From Candidatus Harrisonbacteria bacterium (GTDB lineage Bacteria > Patescibacteriota > Minisyncoccia > UBA6257 > 1-14-0-10-44-23): DNA of 64,000 nt. The position numbers were made by a program, and so were the translations under genes. Positions within the stretch are counted from its first letter, which is position 1, and every line of letters starts with the position of its first letter. The stretch is taken from positions 290,965-354,964 of the forward strand of contig JAHFLF010000001.1 of NCBI GenBank assembly GCA_023255625.1. The letters are read 5' to 3'. The notes beneath the pieces are model-generated. The model saw only the letters and a program-made list of their open reading frames with translations, did no database searches and was not told where the DNA came from. Below are positions 1-8,383 of the stretch, piece after piece.

Positions 1-185
1 CCATCGCCGCCGATGATCTTCTGAACGAAGTCTCTGCGATCGACCGTACTCTCACCATGCTCACGAGTAAGATCGGGTCGAGTGACGTAGTGCATATGGG
101 TTTGCATCTCAGCGACCCATTGACCATCAGGGACGACCACGGGCTCGGGACGCAAACGACTACGAATCTCGAAAACCTTGGACAT
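1..185 (-). CDS. Hypothetical protein, runs off the window start (MSKVFEIRSRL...)
   Basis: Hand-translated open frame from ATG at 185; SD-like AAAGAGGTG upstream. Confidence 0.6.
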   Translation of the reverse strand, partial: MSKVFEIRSRLRPEPVVVPDGQWVAEMQTHMHYVTRPDLTREHGESTVDRRDFVQKIIGGD

Positions 186-345
186 CTGCCACCTCTTTGC
201 GGTAAAAAGTGAATTAGCAAACCTACCGCCAGCCTGCCAATTCCGGAACAGTTTACGTGCCGGAGATGAAAGAAAAAATCTACCATCTTCGATACATAAA
301 TTTGTTGTTCGGCCGAGACCCCTGAGGGTCCCGGCCGAACGTGCA

Positions 346-771
346 TCATCGAACTGCGTCTGCTAGGAAGCTGGCCACCTTGTGGCGGTCCCAGTCCCCC
401 ATCGCCCGCAGCTTCTGCTCGAGCTCGCCGCACTTCCCAGGCGCGGCGCGTTCCAGAGACATCGCGATGAGAGTCGCGACGATGATCCCATCGAGCTCGT
501 CGGCGCGCCTGGAGTCGAACATGAGCGCGACGAGCGAGTCGTGATCGAGCGAATTCGAGATCCTAGTGACACAGAGACGGGCGTTGCTTGAGAAGAACAT
601 CTGGTTCGCCTCGCAGAACCAGAATGCCCGGTCGTCCTCCTCACTGATCCGACCGATGTCGTGGTAGACACCGTCCCTCTCGGTGAAGGCGATCCGTACC
701 GCTGCCACCGACGGAACCTGCGGGAAGCAGGCGTAGAGACAGAAGCTCATCTGCTCCGGTGAGTCACTCAT
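346..771 (-). CDS. Hypothetical GC-rich protein (MSDSPEQ...)
   Basis: GGAGGTG SD; ATGA overlap with upstream ORF; followed by hairpin 307-340. Confidence 0.65.
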   Translation of the reverse strand: MSDSPEQMSFCLYACFPQVPSVAAVRIAFTERDGVYHDIGRISEEDDRAFWFCEANQMFFSSNARLCVTRISNSLDHDSLVALMFDSRRADELDGIIVATLIAMSLERAAPGKCGELEQKLRAMGDWDRHKVASFLADAVR

Positions 772-974
772 CGGCTCACCTCCTCCGGCCGCTTCTCCAT
801 GTAGAGAATCGCCAGCGCGTGGAGCTTGTCGTAGAGTTCGCCGCCGACGCTGCTCGTGCAGTTCACGACGGTGATGCCGGAGCCCATCTTCTCCAGCCAC
901 CCGTTGACCTCGGCTTCGAGGTCAACGGGATTCCCACCCTTCCCCATCCAGTCGTAGAACACCCTGATCTTCAT
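768..974 (-). CDS. Small hypothetical protein (MKIRVF...LEAEVNGWL), Cse60-like pattern
   Basis: AGGAG SD; K-V-F...LE-E-N-WL pattern is recalled, not searched. Confidence 0.6.
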   Translation of the reverse strand: MKIRVFYDWMGKGGNPVDLEAEVNGWLEKMGSGITVVNCTSSVGGELYDKLHALAILYMEKRPEEVSR

Positions 975-1131
975 CGTACATCTCCTGTCAGTTGTGGCCG
1001 CCTTCTGGGGTCGGCCACTCCTACTCCTCGGTTGTGTGGTTGCCCACACTCCGAAGTTGAGGAGCGTACGCTGCGGGCACCATGCCCGGTCCGTCATCGT
1101 CGTGTGGTTGTAGTCTTAGGGCCCGAAGGCC

Positions 1132-1155
1132 CTATCTACATAAGCTCCACTTCAT
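1132..1155 (-). other. SD-led micro-ORF MKWSLCR in leader
   Basis: GAAAGGGGTGCGAA-ATGAAGTGG just downstream of a TTGACA promoter (about 1193-1220). Confidence 0.4.
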
Positions 1156-1295
1156 TTCGCACCCCCTTTCTGTATGAAAAGTGCGTTTCCCTAATATATC
1201 ACAAAATATATATTTGTCAATATTTTAAAAAATAAGATAGCAAAATCGAACGGCCGGACCCTTGTGGGGGCCCGGCCGAACGCTGTTGTCGCCTG

Positions 1296-2306
1296 TCACG
1301 CGGCGACGAGGTCTTGCGGCTTGATCCTCCAGCCGTGACGCAGGAGGAACTTCCGGACAAGGAAACGACCGCGGTGCTGCACGGCCGAACCGTATCCGGC
1401 GTATCTGTGCTCGCGCATCATCTGCCAGAGCTTCTGGTGATGCGACACGAGCCGAGGATCGGAGAAGATCTTGCGAATCCACTCCTTGTCCCCCGCTGCC
1501 GCAGGCTCCTCGATGTCCATCATCTGCAGGAGGATGTCAGCAGATCTGGCGTAGTTGCCCTTCAGGACCGGCTCGATGGCCAGCTCCCTGTCAGTGCGCC
1601 AGTTAGAGTCGCTCACCTGCTGGCGGATGAGCACGGCGGGCTTGATACCGTACTTCTCTCGCCAAGACTTGATATAGCCGGCGAGTGTCCGGCCCATGAT
1701 GCCAGCTCCCCGCTCGAGAGTGCCGATGCACTGCCCAACGATGTACCGACCTTCGGATTCCATCGTCTCCGGATTGCTGCCCATGCCCTCGCCCGCCTTG
1801 TAGCCATTCTCCTTGAGAATGTCGGCGAGCCTCTTGGACATCCACTCGCCCTCGCAGGCCTCCGGGAGCATCCCGAGCCAGGTGATCACGGCGTTGAGAC
1901 TCTGCATCGGAACCCGAATGGTCCCGAGTGCCTCACGCCGCTGCCGCTCGAACCTCTTCTTCCACCGACGATTCCGCCGGTGGAAACGCTTCAGCGCCAG
2001 CTCACGCTCCGGCGACATGTACGACCGCGCCGCCTGAACCTCCTCGGAAGCCTCCTCCCAGGGAGTATCCGGATCCGCAGACCTCGCCGCATCGACGAGA
2101 TCCTCGGCCGCCTGCTCGCGCCGTTCGCGGAGGTAGTGCCTCCACTCCAGCGTCGGCAGGTGGTCACTCGGACCCACCTCGAAGACCTTCCACCGGACCG
2201 TACGGCCCCGGCGCATGGCCTCGACCTTCATGGCCCGCAGCACCTCGCGGTTGCTCGGCCACTCGCCCTCGAACGCCTCGTCGTGAAGATCCTTGTACAT
2301 CAGCAT
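1296..2306 (-). CDS. Hypothetical GC-rich protein, 336 aa
   Basis: Long ORF, GGAGG SD, terminator-like hairpin 1248-1282. Confidence 0.75.
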   Translation of the reverse strand: MLMYKDLHDEAFEGEWPSNREVLRAMKVEAMRRGRTVRWKVFEVGPSDHLPTLEWRHYLRERREQAAEDLVDAARSADPDTPWEEASEEVQAARSYMSPERELALKRFHRRNRRWKKRFERQRREALGTIRVPMQSLNAVITWLGMLPEACEGEWMSKRLADILKENGYKAGEGMGSNPETMESEGRYIVGQCIGTLERGAGIMGRTLAGYIKSWREKYGIKPAVLIRQQVSDSNWRTDRELAIEPVLKGNYARSADILLQMMDIEEPAAAGDKEWIRKIFSDPRLVSHHQKLWQMMREHRYAGYGSAVQHRGRFLVRKFLLRHGWRIKPQDLVAA

Positions 2307-2438
2307 CGTAGCTCCTCCATGGTTGTTGCCATGTTCCTCGGTGTAGCGAACTACACCGAAGCGAGGAACATACGAACCCAGGGCGACATGCCCCGGAATT
2401 GTTCATCGGTGTAGAGTTGAGAGGTATTACATCTCAGC

Positions 2439-2480
2439 TCAACCCACCGGCAGCGGAACCATTCCGCATAGCCACTTCAT
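2439..2480 (-). other. SD-led micro-ORF MKWLCGMVPLPVG in leader
   Basis: GAAAGGAGGCGGC-ATGAAGTGG. Confidence 0.4.
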
Positions 2481-2517
2481 GCCGCCTCCTTTCTCCGTTT
2501 ATTTGGCGGTAAAATAT

Positions 2518-2547
2518 ATTATAGCATAATTTATATAGATATGTCAA
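2518..2547 (-). promoter_or_regulatory. Sigma70 promoter TTGACA...TGCTATAAT
   Basis: Consensus -35 and extended -10 on minus strand. Confidence 0.75.
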
Positions 2548-2561
2548 GCATTTCTATGTAT

Positions 2562-2620
2562 TAGTGTACTAGTACACTGTAACAGGAGAAAGGGCTATTC
2601 AGCAGCGTACTAGTACATGA
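2562..2620. promoter_or_regulatory. Two TrpR-operator-like sites (GTACTAGTAC core)
   Basis: Same core and flanks as the sites at 4088 and 4479. Confidence 0.6.
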
Positions 2621-2644
2621 ATACATGGCAGATTTTAGACCGCG

Positions 2645-3040
2645 CTACAAATTTTCGTACTGCCGGATGTCACAGGTCTCGTGCCAATTTTTTATTGAGG
2701 CCAGCGGGTCTTTTATAGCAATGGCGACAAGATCAATCCGATACCCCAGCTTTTCGTTAACATACTGCGGATAGCGATTTGCAAACCCCTGTGCTAGTCG
2801 CCGCACACGCAACCGCTTCTCTTCATTAAAATGCATCTCTGGAATAAACATTGAGACTGGCCCGGCCAGCGTTTTCACTTCCACAAACACCAAAACCCCT
2901 TTTTGACCCCGCGCAATCACATCAATCTCGCCAACATGTTTCACGCGGTGATTTCTAACCAAAATCCGATATTTCTTTTCTTTCAGGAACTCACAGCATA
3001 TATCCTCCCCTATTTTGCCGATTTCGCTCTTGGTACGCAT
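2645..3040 (-). CDS. yraN: YraN/UPF0102 family PD-(D/E)xK nuclease-like protein
   Basis: G-GE...L...Y-IL-RN...GEIDVIA...LVFVEVKT...RIDLVAI motifs. Confidence 0.9.
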   Translation of the reverse strand: MRTKSEIGKIGEDICCEFLKEKKYRILVRNHRVKHVGEIDVIARGQKGVLVFVEVKTLAGPVSMFIPEMHFNEEKRLRVRRLAQGFANRYPQYVNEKLGYRIDLVAIAIKDPLASIKNWHETCDIRQYENL

Positions 3041-3106
3041 AAATTTATACTATCATATCTCTAAAAAATGTGTTATACTGTATAACATGAAATAAAACCG
3101 GTATGG

Positions 3107-3723
3107 ATACCGTTACGGCAAACATATTTCACGGTTATGAACCTAACGAATGAATACATTAGAGGACTTATAGACGGTGAGGGCTGCTTTTCTTTTTGTA
3201 CAAGCAGTTTCGTAGTAAGAAATGAGACTCTCTACCGCGGAAAGGTACCTGCATTCCAAATTTCAATGCATGTTAGAGACAAGGATCTTATTGAAGGAGT
3301 GCGGGATCATCTTGGCCTGAAAAATAAAGTCTATGTTTATAAATCTTCACAAAAAGATGGAATAAAAAGAGGAGATAAGGCAACCCTAATAGTCAGGAAG
3401 GCTTGTGACCTGAGAATGATAATAGTTCCATTTTTCTATGGTAAATTGCGCGGTCACAAGGGAAAGCAATTCAAGGAGTGGCTAGAAAAAATTGGATCAG
3501 ATGAAAGAGTTGGTGAAAAATTCAAAATTATCCATAGACTCTATAAATGCGGATATTGGGAGAAAATCCAGAATATACCGGAAAAATTCAGGAGTTAAAA
3601 ATTGTTTTACACTTTTCGTGAAACAAATTCGTGATTCAGCAAACAGGTTATCCACAGAATCTTCGTAAAACAAATAATGTTTTACGCTTTTTGAACCGTG
3701 AAATTTGTTTGCCGTAACGGTAT
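3107..3723. repeat. 30-bp inverted repeat pair (3107-3136 / 3694-3723) enclosing the LAGLIDADG ORF
   Basis: ataccgttacggcaaacatatttcacggtt vs aaccgtgaaatttgtttgccgtaacggtat, 1 mismatch. Confidence 0.85.
3137..3598 (+). CDS. Free-standing single-motif LAGLIDADG homing endonuclease
   Basis: YIRGLIDGEGCF motif; F-I-MH-RD..L; IIVPFF...L-G-K. Confidence 0.9.
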   Translation: MNLTNEYIRGLIDGEGCFSFCTSSFVVRNETLYRGKVPAFQISMHVRDKDLIEGVRDHLGLKNKVYVYKSSQKDGIKRGDKATLIVRKACDLRMIIVPFFYGKLRGHKGKQFKEWLEKIGSDERVGEKFKIIHRLYKCGYWEKIQNIPEKFRS

Positions 3724-3935
3724 GATATGGAATTCCTGTTCAAATCAAAAACGATGTTTGCCAGAATGTTTCACACTCTTTTAGAGTATTTTGCAAATCC
3801 CCGTTCAGAACAATTGTTTCGCATCTTTTAAACATTTTTTGCAAGTGTAAAACATCCTGTAAAACAAAACCTGCCCGCCTTTGGAGGGAATGTTTTACGC
3901 TTGTGTTTTACAAAAAATTAGCGTGAAACAACGAA
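3600..3935. repeat. Cluster of about a dozen TGTTTYAC/GTRAAACA octamers with one DnaA box (TTATCCACA near 3648)
   Basis: Direct reading of non-coding AT-rich DNA. Confidence 0.7.
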
Positions 3936-4074
3936 TATCCGGCAAAATAATGCGGCAATCCGGCAATTGCCTTATTTTTTGCCGTATTACAAAATTCACA
4001 AAATTATCTTATACCCATATTGGCTTGCTGATCAACATTGCCGCCGTATATACCATCAGATGAAGCATGCTCGC

Positions 4075-4110
4075 TTGACTATCATGCAGCGTACTAGTAC
4101 GCTGGTACAT
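4075..4110 (+). promoter_or_regulatory. trpR promoter overlapped by TrpR operator (autoregulation)
   Basis: TTGACT followed by GTACTAGTACGCTGGTAC, close to GTACTAGTNNACTAGTAC. Confidence 0.75.
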
Positions 4111-4157
4111 AGAGACGGTGTCTTTGAGTAATCAATATTAGTAACCAATAAAATAAT

Positions 4158-4442
4158 ATGAATAACCAATACAAAGAAGAGTTAGTAGAACTGCTGCGCA
4201 CTGCAGCTAAAGACGCGAAACTGTTTGAGGCGGTGCTACGCGACATACTCACGCCGTCTGAATATAGAGAAATTGCTAATAGGTGGCAGATAGTTAAAAA
4301 ACTCGCGATGGGAGAGGACCAGCGCGCGATTGCCCAGGATCTTAAGGTTGGTATCACGACCGTCACTCGCGGCGTCCATGTGCTAGAAAACTCGGGCGGG
4401 GGATTCAACCAAATGCTTAGTAAACTCGTCGCACGAAAATAG
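4158..4442 (+). CDS. trpR: Trp repressor (TrpR/YerC family)
   Basis: ILTPSEYREIANRWQIVKKL..G..QRAIAQDLKVGITTVTRG. Confidence 0.9.
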   Translation: MNNQYKEELVELLRTAAKDAKLFEAVLRDILTPSEYREIANRWQIVKKLAMGEDQRAIAQDLKVGITTVTRGVHVLENSGGGFNQMLSKLVARK

Positions 4443-4471
4443 CGCCGCTACCCTTCGGCTCATATGACCAC

Positions 4472-4508
4472 TTGACTATGTTACAGTGTACTAGTACACT
4501 GTAACATA
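4472..4508 (+). promoter_or_regulatory. Promoter with palindromic TrpR operator
   Basis: TTGACT then tatgttacagtgtactagtacactgtaacata. Confidence 0.8.
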
Positions 4509-4535
4509 GCTGATTTATCTTCGTTATTACTTAAT

Positions 4536-4634
4536 ATGAACTGCTTGACCATGGCAACTAAAAACTCTGCAGAAATTCTCCGCACCTGGTGGGCCGCCCG
4601 ACATACTCGAAGGGCGCGCTTTGTGTTTGCATAA
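4536..4634 (+). CDS. TrpL-like leader peptide MNCLTMATKNSAEILRTWWAARHTRRARFVFA
   Basis: Tandem TGG TGG codons between operator and terminator. Confidence 0.8.
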   Translation: MNCLTMATKNSAEILRTWWAARHTRRARFVFA

Positions 4635-4661
4635 CGATTTTTTATAAAATCTTTCGAACTT

Positions 4662-4694
4662 AAAACCCGCTCTTGGAGCGGCGTTTCTGTTTTC
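4662..4694 (+). terminator. Attenuator terminator
   Basis: ccgctc-ttg-gagcgg hairpin plus T-rich tail. Confidence 0.7.
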
Positions 4695-4728
4695 TGAACG
4701 AGATCAGGGGGCTGGATGGAGGTGCTTC

Positions 4729-5427
4729 ATGCCGAATATTACGCCTGTCGATACCGAGCGATTGCTTAGACCCATCACTTCGGAACGTGAGCGGCTCGAG
4801 CGATCAATTTCGAAGTCTCTGCCGTTTGAGCTCTGGGTCACTGGGATTCTGATGCTCATGTTACTCGGCGTACACGTTTTCTGGCCCGCAGACAAACTGG
4901 ATGCACCAATCGTCGCCCCTGCTGTCGAGTCGCAACAGACCGTCCCAGATTTGGAGACGACGACCCAGGCCAGTCATGAGGTGTGCCGGCAGATTCTGCC
5001 AGAGACGATGCTCGAGGCGGCGATAGAGCCCCAGGAAGAACGAACCTACCTCGTCACCTTCAAGACCAAGAAGAACAGCAATTGGACCGACTTCGGGGCG
5101 ACCAGAGAGACCAAGGAGGTGGATGAGGCGACATACAACAAGCACAAGATCGGGCAGGAGGTTAGCAGAAAGCCCGTCGCCTTCAGCTTCCGTGACTACT
5201 ATGCCGTGACCGTCGTGGAGAAGCAGATCAAGCGGAAGTTCTTCTGGATCGACCGAATGGAGAAGCGTCTGCAGGTTGGCGAGCGTGAGTTCCAAGCCGT
5301 TCTTGCAGAATTACAGTCTTGTGGCCGGGCGCCTAAGTTGCCTGTCGCTGCAGGCAAGATTCATTCCTATACCGTGGAGAAGCCGCTCGCTGAAACCGAA
5401 GGAAGCAACTCCAGAGGTGACAAATGA
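4729..5427 (+). CDS. Hypothetical single-TM protein
   Basis: GGAGGTG SD; hydrophobic segment about aa 35-52. Confidence 0.75.
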   Translation: MPNITPVDTERLLRPITSERERLERSISKSLPFELWVTGILMLMLLGVHVFWPADKLDAPIVAPAVESQQTVPDLETTTQASHEVCRQILPETMLEAAIEPQEERTYLVTFKTKKNSNWTDFGATRETKEVDEATYNKHKIGQEVSRKPVAFSFRDYYAVTVVEKQIKRKFFWIDRMEKRLQVGEREFQAVLAELQSCGRAPKLPVAAGKIHSYTVEKPLAETEGSNSRGDK

Positions 5428-5660
5428 AGAAGTTCCTGAAGTACTTCCTGCTCGCGCTCGTAGCTTCTGCGGTGGCGTACACCGTTCGGGCTGAAGAGCT
5501 CGACTGGAATTGGCAGTTCAAGGTCGTGATGTTCGATCGCATCAGGCCAGGGTCACTGGACCCAAGCTGGTGTGGCTGGACTCACATGGCCGTCTGGAAT
5601 CTCTTCATCGCTTGGTGGTACTACACCTACGAATGGAAGAGGCCCCATCGGTTGTGGTGA
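5424..5660 (+). CDS. Small Trp-rich membrane/secreted protein (9 W in 78 aa)
   Basis: GAGGTG SD, ATGA overlap, signal-like N-terminus. Confidence 0.65.
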   Translation: MKKFLKYFLLALVASAVAYTVRAEELDWNWQFKVVMFDRIRPGSLDPSWCGWTHMAVWNLFIAWWYYTYEWKRPHRLW

Positions 5661-5698
5661 TGGAGTTTTAATCAACGGACCGCAAAGAGGTGCTAAAC

Positions 5699-6844
5699 AT
5701 GGATATCAAGCAGGTAATGAAGAGGCATGCGTACCAGAACATGCCGCTCGGATACGATGCTGCGTACGAGTTGGGCATGTTGGCACTGCGTGGGTGTGCC
5801 GGAGACCCACTCGCACAGATCCAGAGCATCGTTGCGCTCTCTGCACTGCACACGCGTGCGACCTATCACGCGGCGGATGACGCCGCCGCGGAACAGATCG
5901 CCGGTGTCTGCGCTACCGTCTTTGATCACGACATCGCGACCTCTACGCTCGGCTTCATCGAGCCGGTCGGGGATGTGATGGACAACTGCGGGATGGGTGG
6001 GGACCTGGTTGTGACGGCGAATGTCTCGACCTTGGCCGCACTGATCGCCGCTGCTGGCGGAATCCGAATGTGCAAGCACGGATCGCCAGCGAATGCCGAC
6101 GGTGGTCGACACGGCAGCTCTGACTTCATCGATCTACTGGGCATAGAACGCTGCCCAGAGGTGGGAATGGTCGAACGCTGCGTCGATGAACTCGGCTTCG
6201 GCTACAGCGAGGCATTGGATACACGCTACAAGCGAATCCACTGCCAGACACACGAGGTAGCGCAACTGCCGCACATGAATGACATCATCGGCCCGGTCAC
6301 CAACCCGGTCCGTCCGACCAAGCTGAAGAGGCGCGTACTCGGCATCAACCACCTTATCCCGCCACGGGTGGTCGCCAAGGCGTTCAGAATTCTCAACACT
6401 CGCGGTATCACCGTGGTCACGCATGGATTGTTCGTTCGCGGATTCACCGATGACAGAACGAGCGCATCCGGCATGGACGAGGTTTCAATCTGTCAGGCCG
6501 GCACTCTTGTCGCTGAACTGAAGGATGGAGAGATCACGGAATACTGGCTGACCGCTGAAGACTTCGGTCTGAAGTCGGTCGCAAGCGCCGCAATCTCGCC
6601 GGCGTCGGGCATGTCAAAGGGGGAATTCTCAATGCGCATCTTGTGCGGCGAGATACAGGGACCCCCGCTGCAAATGGTTCTTGCCAATGCAGCGCTCTTG
6701 TTCAAACTGAACGACCCTGCGCTCACTTACCCGGAGGCGTATCAACGGGCAGAACAGATTCACCGCGACAAGCTCGACCAGAACATCGCCACAGAAGTGG
6801 CTCGGCTCATCCCGAGTCAGAAGGGAGCAATGTGTCTCAACTGA
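5699..6844 (+). CDS. trpD: Anthranilate phosphoribosyltransferase (TrpD)-family protein
   Basis: DNCGMGGD..TANVST, KHGS...GSSD, IGPVTNP, GMDEVS motifs; AGAGGTG SD. Confidence 0.85.
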   Translation: MDIKQVMKRHAYQNMPLGYDAAYELGMLALRGCAGDPLAQIQSIVALSALHTRATYHAADDAAAEQIAGVCATVFDHDIATSTLGFIEPVGDVMDNCGMGGDLVVTANVSTLAALIAAAGGIRMCKHGSPANADGGRHGSSDFIDLLGIERCPEVGMVERCVDELGFGYSEALDTRYKRIHCQTHEVAQLPHMNDIIGPVTNPVRPTKLKRRVLGINHLIPPRVVAKAFRILNTRGITVVTHGLFVRGFTDDRTSASGMDEVSICQAGTLVAELKDGEITEYWLTAEDFGLKSVASAAISPASGMSKGEFSMRILCGEIQGPPLQMVLANAALLFKLNDPALTYPEAYQRAEQIHRDKLDQNIATEVARLIPSQKGAMCLN

Positions 6845-7668
6845 CGAAGAAAAATGTGGGCATCATGATCGACTACGACGGGGTCGTCGTGTTGCAAACA
6901 ACGCAGCGGCCCACCTGTGACCCCAAGGCGATGTTCGAGCGACTCGCCCGAGCAGGGGTGATCATCATCCCGAACTCTGACACGCCAGTGGATCGTCTCA
7001 TGAGAAACTTCGAGGAAGCTACCGGCATCAAGCCAGCGCACCTCGTCGCAGAGCGCGGAGCAGTAGTCGTGAGCGAAAAAAAGCGCCACTACTACAAGCC
7101 CCAAGGCGACTTGTTCAAGCAGTACCGCAGTGCAATACAAGAAGCGCTGACCAGGGCCGGCATCGAAGTACTCATCAATGATGCGGCGAACTGGGTGCGC
7201 GATGTCCGTACGCATACACCCAACAGTCGCATGGCAATTCTCGACGGCATGCGCGAACTAAGCTTTTGCGCCTTCTTCCGGAGGACTGACGAATCCGGAG
7301 GGCCGTACATCGACCACGAATTCATGCAGGACTGCCTGCACGTCATCGACACCGTGGAGCCGCCAGTCGAGATCGAGAGGCAGACGGACAAATGTTTCGG
7401 GATCATGATCGGTAGCATTCCCGGAGTGAGCAAGACTACCGGTTTCCGGATTCTGCGTGATCTCTTCCGTGAGCCAATGCAGTGGTACATGATTGGAGAC
7501 GGCGAGGGCGACCTGATCGACGCAGATGAAGTAACGCATTGCGCGGTCGGCAATGCACAAGACGCACTGATCCACCGATGCGCGTTCCGAGCAAAACATT
7601 CGTACACCGACGGATTGCTCGAATGCCTCGACTGGATCAGCGCAAAGGAGAATCTATCAGAGCACTAG
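6832..7668 (+). CDS. HAD-superfamily (IIB-like) hydrolase
   Basis: IDYDGVV, SKTTG, IGDGEGDL, AVGNA motifs; GTG start after AAGGGAG. Confidence 0.8.
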   Translation: MSQLTKKNVGIMIDYDGVVVLQTTQRPTCDPKAMFERLARAGVIIIPNSDTPVDRLMRNFEEATGIKPAHLVAERGAVVVSEKKRHYYKPQGDLFKQYRSAIQEALTRAGIEVLINDAANWVRDVRTHTPNSRMAILDGMRELSFCAFFRRTDESGGPYIDHEFMQDCLHVIDTVEPPVEIERQTDKCFGIMIGSIPGVSKTTGFRILRDLFREPMQWYMIGDGEGDLIDADEVTHCAVGNAQDALIHRCAFRAKHSYTDGLLECLDWISAKENLSEH

Positions 7669-7699
7669 GGGGAGCTCGGCTCCCCCTACCCCCAATACA

Positions 7700-8383
7700 A
7701 TGAAAAAAATTACCGTTCTCTCAACCTATAGCCAAGATCTGCACTTTCAAGCAGATGATACTTTTATTAAAAAACGCCTCGGCGGACCAGCATTTTTCTT
7801 AAAAAAAACACTTGATCAGAAAAATATTCCTCATAAGATAAAACATGGGAAATTATACCGTATCGCGATACGGTATACGCACAATGGAGAGGAAAACGGA
7901 ACGGTGCTACATAAGCCGCCTCGTAATAAGACGCCGCAAATAATAAAAACACCCTATCTTATCATCTCAACTATCCTGGATGAGTGGCCGCTGCAGATCT
8001 CGGGGTACAAAGGAATATCTTTTATAGATCTACAAGGATTTGCAAGAGGGGGAAAGCAAATAAAATTTCCGGCAAACGCAAAACCGTTCTGCGTTAAAGG
8101 AACTCGGCAAGAAGTAAAGTATTTGAACCCTGGCGACCTTCGGACGCAAAAAAAAGAATGCTTGATTGTTACAGATGGAGGGAGAGGAGTTAAATTATTC
8201 TTCAAAGGAAAACGATACTCTTTCCATATCAAAAAACCCGTGGAAACAACTAATACCGTGGGGGCAGGAGATACTTTTTTCGGTTGCTTTGTGGCAACAT
8301 TTATACAGACTAACAATCCTATTAAAAGTTGCGAAAATGCTATACGACAAACTAATACATTCCTAAAATCACATGAAAGATAA
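7700..8383 (+). CDS. PfkB/ribokinase-family kinase
   Basis: GGPA, IVTDGGRG, NTVGAGDTF; AT-rich, no SD. Confidence 0.85.
   Translation: MKKITVLSTYSQDLHFQADDTFIKKRLGGPAFFLKKTLDQKNIPHKIKHGKLYRIAIRYTHNGEENGTVLHKPPRNKTPQIIKTPYLIISTILDEWPLQISGYKGISFIDLQGFARGGKQIKFPANAKPFCVKGTRQEVKYLNPGDLRTQKKECLIVTDGGRGVKLFFKGKRYSFHIKKPVETTNTVGAGDTFFGCFVATFIQTNNPIKSCENAIRQTNTFLKSHER

Noticed and set aside
1314-2414. 366-aa plus-strand ORF
   Set aside because: Antisense shadow of the SD-led minus-strand gene in GC-rich DNA
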